A DNA stretch of 63,975 bases, counting the filler, from Reclinomonas americana ATCC 50394 (Eukaryota), in NCBI GenBank assembly GCA_048213135.1. It is 16 parts of 16 records of this genome, joined end to end, with 100 filler letters (N's around TTAATTAATTAA, not from the genome) between each part and the next. Parts side by side here need not be neighbours in the genome. Positions count along the whole stretch, not along the records: positions 7,449 to 11,497 come from AFZH01021102.1; positions 11,598 to 13,147 come from AFZH01021104.1; positions 13,248 to 15,436 come from AFZH01021105.1; positions 15,537 to 17,191 come from AFZH01021106.1; positions 17,292 to 19,977 come from AFZH01021108.1; 11 more parts are not named here. One strand, 5' to 3'. The position numbers were made by a program, and so were the translations under genes. The notes under the pieces were generated by a model, which saw only the letters and a program-made list of their open reading frames with translations, searched no databases and had not been told where the DNA came from. Below, in pieces: positions 9,129 through 17,627 of this stretch (positions are counted from its first letter, which is position 1; every line of letters begins with the position of its first letter).

Positions 9129-9447
9129 CGGAATATTGGGTCATGATGTCTCCCCAGACCGTGCAGTCGGTGCGGCCTTCATTGTCGATCACGATGATGT
9201 CGCCCTCTGCGACGTCATCGATGAAGTCGCCAACCGTCCCGGCCGGAGAGGAGGCAGGTATGTATTTGACGGTGAAGGCCGGGCCAACGGTGACGTCCGG
9301 ATAGTCGACGAGCGGGCGGATGCCGAAGGCTTGGCCATGTAGGCCGAGTTTGTCCAACGCGTCGGAGACGCCTGGCGTATCGAGGCCGGCAAACAACGCG
9401 ACGAGTTCGCGATCCTCGGCACTGGCCTTCTTGGGGTTGTCGGTCAT
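9129..9447 (-). pseudogene. 5' part of RraA-family gene (paralog 2), interrupted by IS1595
   Basis: DTPGVSDALDKLG...TVWGDIMTQYSG ends at the TSD; AGGAG upstream of ATG. Confidence 0.9.
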
Positions 9448-9571
9448 GGCGGTCTCCTAGGGTGCGGCTGATGCGGCCAATATCTCGAAAGTCGATCAAA
9501 TGGGGCTGGCTACGGTGGCGAGGACCGGACCTCCTGAACGGAGCCCTTCTCTGGGGGGCTCGGTCTGCGAG

Positions 9572-10165
9572 TCACCGAGCGTAGGCGCCCTTGTAGGTCC
9601 CGGCGGCAATGCTCCGCATCATCTCAGCTTCCTTGGCAGCCTGGGCGCGAGCCGCGACGAGGAGCGCTTCAGCCTGCGCCGGAGCGAATCCGACAACACC
9701 ATCCGCGTCGCCGACGACGATATCCCCGGGGAAAATGACCTGCCCACCGATCGATACCGGCAGATTGATCTCGCCGGGTCCGCTCTTGTAGGGACCGCGA
9801 TGGATGGCGGCGCGCGCGAAAACCGGAAAGTCGCCGATGCCGAGGGCGGCTGCATCGCGGATCGCCCCGTCGAGCACGAAGCCCCTCGCACCGCGCTTCG
9901 CAGCGATCGCCACCATGATCTCGCCGACTAGCGCGCGGTCGACGGCGCCTCCACCGTCCACGACGATGACATCGCCCGGCTTCACCAGTTCAAGCACCTG
10001 ATGGATGGCTAGATTGTCACCTGGGCGCGTGCGGACGGTCAACGCCACGCCGACCATATGGCGACCATTGTGGAATGGCCGAAGGCCGATCGCGCCGGGC
10101 AACCGTTCGAGATTATCGCTGATCAGGGCTGTCGCGATTTCCGTGAACTGAGAAGCAATGTCCAT
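9572..10165 (-). CDS. RraA family / HMG aldolase-like protein (paralog 3)
   Basis: ATALISDNL, TRPGDNLAIH, ALVGEIM, LDGAIRD, PGDIVVGDADGVV. Confidence 0.9.
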   Translation of the reverse strand: MDIASQFTEIATALISDNLERLPGAIGLRPFHNGRHMVGVALTVRTRPGDNLAIHQVLELVKPGDVIVVDGGGAVDRALVGEIMVAIAAKRGARGFVLDGAIRDAAALGIGDFPVFARAAIHRGPYKSGPGEINLPVSIGGQVIFPGDIVVGDADGVVGFAPAQAEALLVAARAQAAKEAEMMRSIAAGTYKGAYAR

Positions 10166-10279
10166 GGCCTGACGTCGGGTTTGATCGGATTTCATAGAGA
10201 GACGGCTTTCAGGTTTCTCGCACTCGCCGGTCGACGAGGACTTGGCCATCTTCTCGGTTGGCGCCGAGGCGTCCATTTC

Positions 10280-11095
10280 GATTGGAAGCAGGGGGCGATA
10301 CGCTGAGAATATGGCGGGCAGTGGCAGTTCTCAGTGCCGAGGCCGGCCTGAAACCGCGTTCCGTGTCGTTCCAGGGCGCCGAACCTACCGCCGTCGCACC
10401 GAGCTGTGCCGATCCCTGACGTCGTAATCGCCTGCGCCAACGAGAGGTAGCGGGTTCCGTCCGGCGTCTAGGCGATGTGGGCGAGCATCCGATCCGGGGT
10501 CTCGAATGCCTGCTGAATGTTCCAGAGGGGGCAGGCTCCGCCATAGCGCGCAAAACGCAGACGGGTGGCGCTGTGGCGCTTGGTGATCTTTCCCGCGCGG
10601 TCGATACGGAGGAAGTAGAACGGCACTCCCCGCGCGCCCGGTCGCTGCAAGGTGGATAGGCGATGCGCCACCTGTTCCAGGCTTGCCCCCAACAGGTGCG
10701 TCAGGATGCCGAGATCGTGGCGGTGCTGCCGGGCTGCGTCCAGGAATTTTCCCGTAGGGCAACATCAGGGCGCCAGCGAAATATTGGCGAGGGCAACGGA
10801 GCAGAGGGCATTGGCGCTCGCGCTGCGAAAGCCGGCCTGGGCCAAAACCGCTGCCGTCACATCCTGCGCCTCGAATAGCGCCATTTGATGAGCCAATGCG
10901 AAGGCTTGGCTGGAGGCTTCAGCGCAACCGTCGATAAGTAGCCTTCGGGATGCTCTCTCGAATTGCCGAAGCGGCCGACCGAACCCGAATGATCGGTCGA
11001 TCTCGACCGTGAGCCGATGGCGTAGCGCAAGCCGATCGATCAAGGCCTCCGACAATACGCAAACATCAGCTCCGAGCTCGGTGTAAGTCATTGCC
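10280..11095 (-). pseudogene. degraded short-chain fatty acyl-CoA regulator (ScfR/PrpR/RamB-type XRE family), N-terminal HTH missing
   Basis: AFALAHQMAL, LMLPY, EQVAHRLSTLQRPGARGVPFYFLRIDRAGKITKRHSATRLRFARYGGACPLWN spread over several frames with an in-frame stop. Confidence 0.8.
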
Positions 11096-11096
11096 A

Positions 11097-11497
11097 TGGA
11101 CAAGCTCGACACCCTCGTCACAGATCAGCTCGCCGAGCATCTGCTTTAGCCCGATAGCTTGGCCGCGCTCCTGGCCTCGATCCAGGAACGCCGTCTCGGA
11201 CAGGCAGCAGAGATCGATCAGCGCGTCACAGCCTTGCGGGGGGATGTCTCGGAAGCGGAAGAGAAGCTGAAACGGCTCTATCGCATGGTGGAGAATGGCA
11301 TGACCGAGCTCGACGATGTCCTGAAAGAACGAATCGCCGATCTGAAGCTCAGCCGCGACAAGGCGAAAGCTGTGCTTGACCGAATCACACGCGGCCAGTC
11401 CGGACCGCGCACCCTTGATCCAGTCTCGATTGATGCGTTCAGCCGCGTCATGCGCGACAATATCACGACCGGCGAGATCCCGTTCCGGAAAGCCTAT
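11097..11497 (+). pseudogene. C-terminal remnant of a large serine recombinase
   Basis: MDKLDTLVTDQLAEHLL-stop-PDSL...LKRLYRMVENG...MRDNITTGEIPFRKAY coiled-coil tail typical of alphaproteobacterial serine integrases; catalytic domain absent. Confidence 0.65.
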
Positions 11498-11597
11498 NNN
11501 NNNNNNNNNNNNNNNNNNNNNNNNNNNNNNNNNNNNNNNNNTTAATTAATTAANNNNNNNNNNNNNNNNNNNNNNNNNNNNNNNNNNNNNNNNNNNN

Positions 11598-12581
11598 ATA
11601 GGTCAGGTGCGTGCGGTGGCCCCAATGGCCGACGAAGCCGTTGTCGTTGCTGAGCACCTCGTAGTCGACGCCTTCGCCGTCGATCATCAGGCGCTGGTGC
11701 TGGTCGACGATCTTGGCGGCGAGCCCGGCGAAATAAGGCATGCCATGCCAGGTATGGTAGAGATGCCAGCCGATCTGCGGGTCGCATTCGTCGTTGACGA
11801 AAGGCAGGCCGGCGAAGCGCGGATGATGCTCGCGGATATAATCGACCGCCATCATCTCGTGCCGGATGATCGACAGGCTGTTCGGCGTCAGATCCTCGGC
11901 GTGCTTCTTGGCGCCCTTCTCGTGCACCGAGATGAAATCCAGCCGCACGCCGGTCTCGCCGGTGAACAGGTTGGTGCCGGTGTCGCAATGGGCGAGGAAG
12001 CTTTTGAAGATCGGCGGGATGCGCCGGGCGACGCCGGGGCCGCCAAACTTGAGCTGGGGATCGACAGCCTTAAGGGCCTCCGAGCAGGCATCGTAATAGT
12101 TGTTGAATCCGGTCTCGCCGCCGAGCTTCCACCAGATGTCCGGCTCGTTCCAGGTCTCGAAATACCAGGCCCGCAGTTCGTCGGCGCCGTAGCGGGCCTG
12201 ATAGCGCTGCGCCATCTCGCTCATGAAGTCACGCCAGTGATGCGCCTGGCCGACGTCGTTGAAATCGCTGTAGATATAGGAGGGATTGCCCATCAGCTCG
12301 AAGAAGGGCCGGATGCGGTGCTCCAGCATCACGTCGATCGCCGCATCGAGCCGCGACCAATCGTATTGGCCGAAGCTTGAGGCGGTGACGAGGTCGAGCA
12401 TGTAGTGCACGCGCATGTACTCGATGCCGCGATTGGGCACGCCGCCGACATAGGCCAGCGTCTGTCGCATCTCCGGCTCCAGCAGCAGTTCGGCCGGCGA
12501 AAAACCGGTGCTGCGCCAGAAGCGCCGGAGCGGCATGGTCGGCGCGGAAAGGTCGATGCGGATGCGGGTCGTGTCGGACAT
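11598..12581 (-). CDS. GH39 glycoside hydrolase, alpha-L-iduronidase-like (3' partial)
   Basis: LRRFWRSTGF, WYFETWNEPD (acid/base Glu), FVNDECDP (nucleophile Glu), LSNDNGF. Confidence 0.88.
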
Positions 12582-12625
12582 GACGGGTCCTTCGCTGAAC
12601 AGGAAATTGCCGGCTAAGTTTCTGG

Positions 12626-13147
12626 CTATTTGAACTTGTCGCGCATCGACTGGATGCCGGGGATCGCCGCCATCAGATGGGCGTGGCGCTCGTCGAAGTG
12701 CTGGACCAGGCCGCGCTGCGTCTTCCCGACCAGGATGGTGAAGATGTAAGCGCGGTGGCCGGGCGACGTGACGGTCGGGTGATAGCCGCGATCGACAAGC
12801 ACGGTGTCGCCGTCCTGCACCATGAAGCAGTCGGACTTGCCGTCGGCATAGATGATCTGGGCGCCGAAGCCGCTGCCGGGCTGGTAGCGGTAATGGTAGA
12901 GCTCGTCATGGGCGGTTTCGCCGGCGCGATCGGTGTCGTGCTTGTGCGGGGGATAGCCGGACCAGCAGCCGGGATCGGCATAGAGCTCGCTGACCAGGAG
13001 GTTACCGGCGCGGCCCTGGCCGTTCTGGCCGAGGATATGGAAGATGCGGCGGCGGCTATGGGTGTCGGGCGAGCCGACATCGACCATCGCGACCTCCTGC
13101 GGCGTGATCCGGAAGGGCTTGAAGCCCGCTTCGTCGCAGAGCCCGCC
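12626..13147 (-). CDS. IolB/KduI-family 5-deoxy-glucuronate isomerase-like protein (5' partial)
   Basis: LLVSEL, WSGYPPHKHD, ELYHYR, RGYHPTVTSPG motifs. Confidence 0.85.
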   Translation of the reverse strand, partial: GGLCDEAGFKPFRITPQEVAMVDVGSPDTHSRRRIFHILGQNGQGRAGNLLVSELYADPGCWSGYPPHKHDTDRAGETAHDELYHYRYQPGSGFGAQIIYADGKSDCFMVQDGDTVLVDRGYHPTVTSPGHRAYIFTILVGKTQRGLVQHFDERHAHLMAAIPGIQSMRDKFK

Positions 13148-13255
13148 NNNNNNNNNNNNNNNNNNNNNNNNNNNNNNNNNNNNNNNNNNNNTTAATTAAT
13201 TAANNNNNNNNNNNNNNNNNNNNNNNNNNNNNNNNNNNNNNNNNNNNGCGTTGGC

Positions 13256-14395
13256 TCAGGCATAGGGATCGGCCGCATCGCGAATTCCGTCGCCGAGGAA
13301 GTTGAGGGCGAGCACGGCGACGACCACTGCGACGCCGGGGGCGAGCAGCCAGGGCGCCGTGGTCAGCGCCAGGATGCTCTGCGCGTCCTTGAGCAGCACG
13401 CCCCAGCTCACCACCGGCTCCTTCAGGCCGATGCCGAGGAAGGAGAGGGCGGTTTCGGCCAGGATCATGCTCGGGATCGCCAGCGTCACCGAGGCGACGA
13501 TGTGGCTGGTGAAGGAGGGCACCATGTGCCGCCAGATCACGCGCTGGCGCGAGCAGCCGTCGAGCCGCGCCGCCAGCACGAAATCTTCGGTCCGCAGCGA
13601 GAGGAAGCGGCCACGCACGACGCGTGCCAGATCGGTCCAGCCGATCAGCGAGAGGATGATGGTGATCCAGAGATAGACCAGGAGGGGGTCGAGATTGGCC
13701 GGCACCGCGGCGGCGAGCCCCATCCAGAGCGGGATGGTCGGGATCGATTTCAGGAAGTCGATGCAGCGCTGCACGACCTCGTCGATCCAGCCGCCGTAAT
13801 AGCCGGAGATGCCGCCCAGCAGCAGGCCGAGGAACAGGCTGACTGCGACCCCGACCAGGCCGATCGACATCGAGATGCGGGCGCCGTGGATGGTGCGCGA
13901 GAGCACGTCGCGGCCGAGCCGGTCGGCGCCCCAGAGATACATCGGCTGGGCCGGGTCGGCCGGGCCGATCAGGTGCCGGTCCCAGGGGATCAGCCCGAGA
14001 AGCTTGTATGGCTCGCCCTTGGCGAAGAAGACGACGGGATGGACCGATTTCTCGTCGACGACGAAGGTCCGCTTCAGCGCCACGGGATCGAAACTCATCC
14101 GGTAACCGTTGACGTACATGAAATGCGTCTCACCGGCGGCGTCGGTGCCGAAGAATCTCAGCGTCTGCGGCGGGCCATAGGTGAAGCGGGCATTGTAGCT
14201 GTCGGGCGAGAAGGGCGCGACGAACTCGGCCAGCAGCGCGACGAGATAGATGCCGAGCACGACGAAGAGGCTGGCATAGGCCAGCCTGTGCCGGCGAAAG
14301 CGGCGGAAGATCAGCGTCCACTGGCCCGCCTCGGCGAAGTGGCGAGCCGCCGGGGCGACAGTCTCGGGAGCGGTGGGGGCGGCGACGTCGCTCAT
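13256..14395 (-). CDS. peptide/oligosaccharide ABC transporter permease (DppC/OppC-like)
   Basis: GADRLGRDVLSR, EDFVLAARLDG, ILAETALSFLGIG. Confidence 0.92.
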   Translation of the reverse strand: MSDVAAPTAPETVAPAARHFAEAGQWTLIFRRFRRHRLAYASLFVVLGIYLVALLAEFVAPFSPDSYNARFTYGPPQTLRFFGTDAAGETHFMYVNGYRMSFDPVALKRTFVVDEKSVHPVVFFAKGEPYKLLGLIPWDRHLIGPADPAQPMYLWGADRLGRDVLSRTIHGARISMSIGLVGVAVSLFLGLLLGGISGYYGGWIDEVVQRCIDFLKSIPTIPLWMGLAAAVPANLDPLLVYLWITIILSLIGWTDLARVVRGRFLSLRTEDFVLAARLDGCSRQRVIWRHMVPSFTSHIVASVTLAIPSMILAETALSFLGIGLKEPVVSWGVLLKDAQSILALTTAPWLLAPGVAVVVAVLALNFLGDGIRDAADPYA

Positions 14396-14402
14396 CCCGG
14401 CC

Positions 14403-15392
14403 TCAGGCGTAGCGCACGCGCGGATCGAGCCACGCGAGCAGGAGGTCGGAGATGAGCGTGCCGATCACGGTCAGCACGCTCAGCATCAGGATGAAGCTCC
14501 CGGCGAGGTACATGTCCTGCGCCAGCAAAGCCGAGAGCAGCAGCGGCCCGGCGGTCGGCAGGCTCATCACCACCGAGGTGACGATCGCGCCGGAGACGAG
14601 GTTCGGCAGCACCCAGCCGATGGTCGAGATGAACGGGTTGAGCGCGACGCGGACCGGGTATTTGAACAGGAGCTCGGCCTCGCCGAGCCCGTTGGCGCGG
14701 GCGGTCTGGACATAGGGCTTGTAGAGCTCGTCGATCAGGTTGGCGCGCATGACACGGATCAGCGCCGCCGTGCCGTGGGTCGCCAGCACGAAAACCGGCA
14801 GCCACAGATGCATGGCGAGGTCGCCGACCCTAGCGAGACTCCAGGGCGCGTTGACGTAGTCAGGCGAGAACAGGCCGCTGACGTTCATGCCGAAATAGCG
14901 CGAGAACACGTACATCAGCGCCAGGGCCAGCAGGAAGCTCGGTATGGCCAGGCCGAGGAAGCCGAGGAAGGTCACGACATAGTCGAGCCAGGAATAGCGC
15001 CGGACCGCGCTGTAGATGCCGATCGGCAAGGCGACGAGCCAGGTGACGACGAGCGTGACGCCGGAGAGCAGGACCGTGAGGCCGAAGCGATCCCACATCA
15101 GCTCGGAGACCGGCTTGTTCCACTCGAAGGATTCGCCGAAATCGCCGCGGAAGAGGATACCGGAGATCCAGAGCCAGTACTGGACGTACCAGGGCTGATC
15201 GAGTCCGTAGCGCAGCTTCAGCGCGGTCAGCGAGTCATTGTCGAGCGAGCCGCCCTGCTCGGCGAACTTGGCGCTGAACGAGGTCAGGAAGTCGCCTGGC
15301 GGCAGCTGGATCACCAGGAAGGCGACGACCGACACCGCCGCCAGCGTTCCGAGCGTATAGACGAGCCGTCTCAGCATGTAGCGGAGCATCAC
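14403..15392 (-). CDS. peptide/oligosaccharide ABC transporter permease (DppB/OppB-like)
   Basis: LPPGDF, YGLDQPWYVQY, YVQTARANGL, DLLLAWLDPRVR. Confidence 0.92.
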   Translation of the reverse strand: MMLRYMLRRLVYTLGTLAAVSVVAFLVIQLPPGDFLTSFSAKFAEQGGSLDNDSLTALKLRYGLDQPWYVQYWLWISGILFRGDFGESFEWNKPVSELMWDRFGLTVLLSGVTLVVTWLVALPIGIYSAVRRYSWLDYVVTFLGFLGLAIPSFLLALALMYVFSRYFGMNVSGLFSPDYVNAPWSLARVGDLAMHLWLPVFVLATHGTAALIRVMRANLIDELYKPYVQTARANGLGEAELLFKYPVRVALNPFISTIGWVLPNLVSGAIVTSVVMSLPTAGPLLLSALLAQDMYLAGSFILMLSVLTVIGTLISDLLLAWLDPRVRYA

Positions 15393-15548
15393 AGGCCTCC
15401 GATGCGTCGGGCGGGGCGGGGAGCCCGGGGCTAATGNNNNNNNNNNNNNNNNNNNNNNNNNNNNNNNNNNNNNNNNNNNNTTAATTAATTAANNNNNNNN
15501 NNNNNNNNNNNNNNNNNNNNNNNNNNNNNNNNNNNNCAATGACCGCAG

Positions 15549-17191
15549 CTATTCGTAGAAATACTGCTCCGGATTGGTCGGGCCCGGCGTCATGTAGAAG
15601 AAGGTGTCCGGCATCAGCTCGGGCACGTTGCGCATGTTGTTCTTCACGACGCCGTAATTGTCGGCGTCCATGTTGGTGCCGATCACGTAGAACTGCTCGC
15701 GGGTGATGGCGAGGATCTTCTTCATCACCTCGAACTGACCGGCGGTGCCGGGCGTCTTCTGCATCTCGACATAGAGCGCCTGCTGGCGCTTGGCCGGCTC
15801 CGGCGGCTCCTCGGCATTGGGATCGTTCGGGTTCTGGAAATAGATGCCCCAGGCCGAGGCGAAGGCGGCCTGGTTCTCATAAGGGAAGTACCATTTCGGA
15901 TCGAGGACGCCGAGGAAGTCGTAGCCGCCGCCACCGATCCAGACCATGGCGTCGTGCTCATTGGCGAGCATGCGGGCGAAGGCGAAGGATTCCTCGATCG
16001 CCTTGACCTGCATCTCGATGCCGACCGCGGCCCAGTACTTCTTGATCAGTTCGAGCGCGTCGATCTGGTAGCGGCGCGAGGTGGCGGCATCGACGGCGAA
16101 GGAGATGCGCTTGCCGTCCGGGCCAAGCCGGAATTTCTGGCCGTCGCGCTTGGCAAAGCCGGCCTTGTCGAGCAGCTCGTTGGCGCCCTTCGGGTCGAAC
16201 TTGGTGTACTGCGTCGCCATCTCGGCATCGTAGAGCGCGGTGCCCGGGCGCGGCGCCGCCTGATAGGGCTGCGACTGGCCGGCATAGATCAGCTCGTTGA
16301 GCTCGTCGCGATTGATCGCGAGCGAGAGCGCGACGCGGACATCGCGGTTGCGGAAGATCTCGCGCAGCACCGGGTTCTTGCTGGTCATGTTGAGCGAGAT
16401 GCACATCGCGTTCGACCAGGCGGGCTGGGCCTTGAACAGGCGATAGCCGCTGCGCTCGCGGTTCTGCGCCAGCACGATCCGCGTCTCCAGCCCGTTGAGG
16501 CGCTGGTTCTGCATGTCGAGCTCGCCATTGATCGCCTTCAGCACGATCGCCTGCTGGTCGCCCATGATGTCGAAGGTGACGCGGTCGATATAGGGCAACT
16601 GGCGCCCCTCCGGATCGACCTTGAAGTAATAGGGATTGCGCTCGAGCACGACCCGGGTGGTGCCGCCATAGGGCACGGTGAGCTGCCAGGGATCGAGCAC
16701 CGGCCGCCCCGTGGCGCGCCAGCGGCCAGGGAAGCTGGTCTTGTTGAGGAAAAGCGCCGACCAGTTGGCCGCCTTGGCGTCGGCGACGAGCTTGTCGATG
16801 CCGTCCGGATTGTACTTCTTGTGGAACTGCTTGAGGTAATGTGCCGGCGCCGCGGCCAGGATGTCCGAGCCGAAGGTCGTCGCCATGTTCTCCAGGAGCA
16901 TGCCGTTCGGCCCGGTGAAGCGGAACTTCACGGTGACGTCGTCGATCTTCTCGACGATGACCGGGTCGTTGCCGCTGCGCAGCCAGCGCGGCACCGACGG
17001 CGTCAGCTCCTTGTTCATCAGCACGTCCTGGTACCAGAACACCAGGTCGTCGGCGGTGAACGGCGCCCCGTCCGACCAGCGCGTGCCCTTACGCAGATGG
17101 AAGACGTATTCGGTGCCGTCCGGCTTGACGTCGACCTTCTCGGCGACATCGGGCTCCACTGCGGTCCAGGCCCGGTTCCACCGAACGAGGC
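15549..17191 (-). CDS. family 5 ABC substrate-binding protein (5' partial)
   Basis: FHLRKGTRWSDGAPFTADD, ERNPYYFKVDPEGRQLPYID motifs. Confidence 0.92.
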
Positions 17192-17317
17192 NNNNNNNNN
17201 NNNNNNNNNNNNNNNNNNNNNNNNNNNNNNNNNNNTTAATTAATTAANNNNNNNNNNNNNNNNNNNNNNNNNNNNNNNNNNNNNNNNNNNNCGCCTAAAC
17301 GTCACTCCTCCTACCAG

Positions 17318-17523
17318 TCTGCCAACTGCTCGGCAAGCACCGCATGTGGCTGATCAACGCCAACACCAAGGTCCCGGTGGCGCACATGTACGAGGTACCG
17401 ACGTCATAGCACTTATTTGTTCTCAGCTCGCACACACACGCACACAGACACGTCGCTCACTGCACCTGCGTACAGCACTGCCCGAGCGTTCCGCCGCTGT
17501 ACGAGAATCGCGAGATGTGCTAA
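17318..17523 (+). CDS. 3' exons of an unidentified eukaryotic gene
   Basis: AG-flanked exon CQLLGKHRMWLINANTKVPVAHMYE, GT..AG intron, exon HCPSVPPLYENREMC-stop. Confidence 0.4.
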
Positions 17524-17627
17524 GCGACGCAACAACGACGAAAAAAATGAACGTCGCGAGAGTTTGTGGATGTAACGGTCGACAGATAGACCAACTTTTT
17601 CCACTCGTTGTCTGTGGAGCGCGTCCA

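Noticed and set aside
10166..10276. Longer start for the third RraA gene
   Set aside because: No RraA similarity before MDIASQF; it runs into the degraded regulator remnant.
13502..17243. Long plus-strand ORFs (317, 353, 429 aa) over the ABC genes
   Set aside because: Antisense shadows caused by high-GC codon bias; no recognisable motifs.
17192..17291. Bacterial genes next to eukaryotic genes as possible horizontal transfer
   Set aside because: The junction is an artificial spacer; no continuous sequence links the two.
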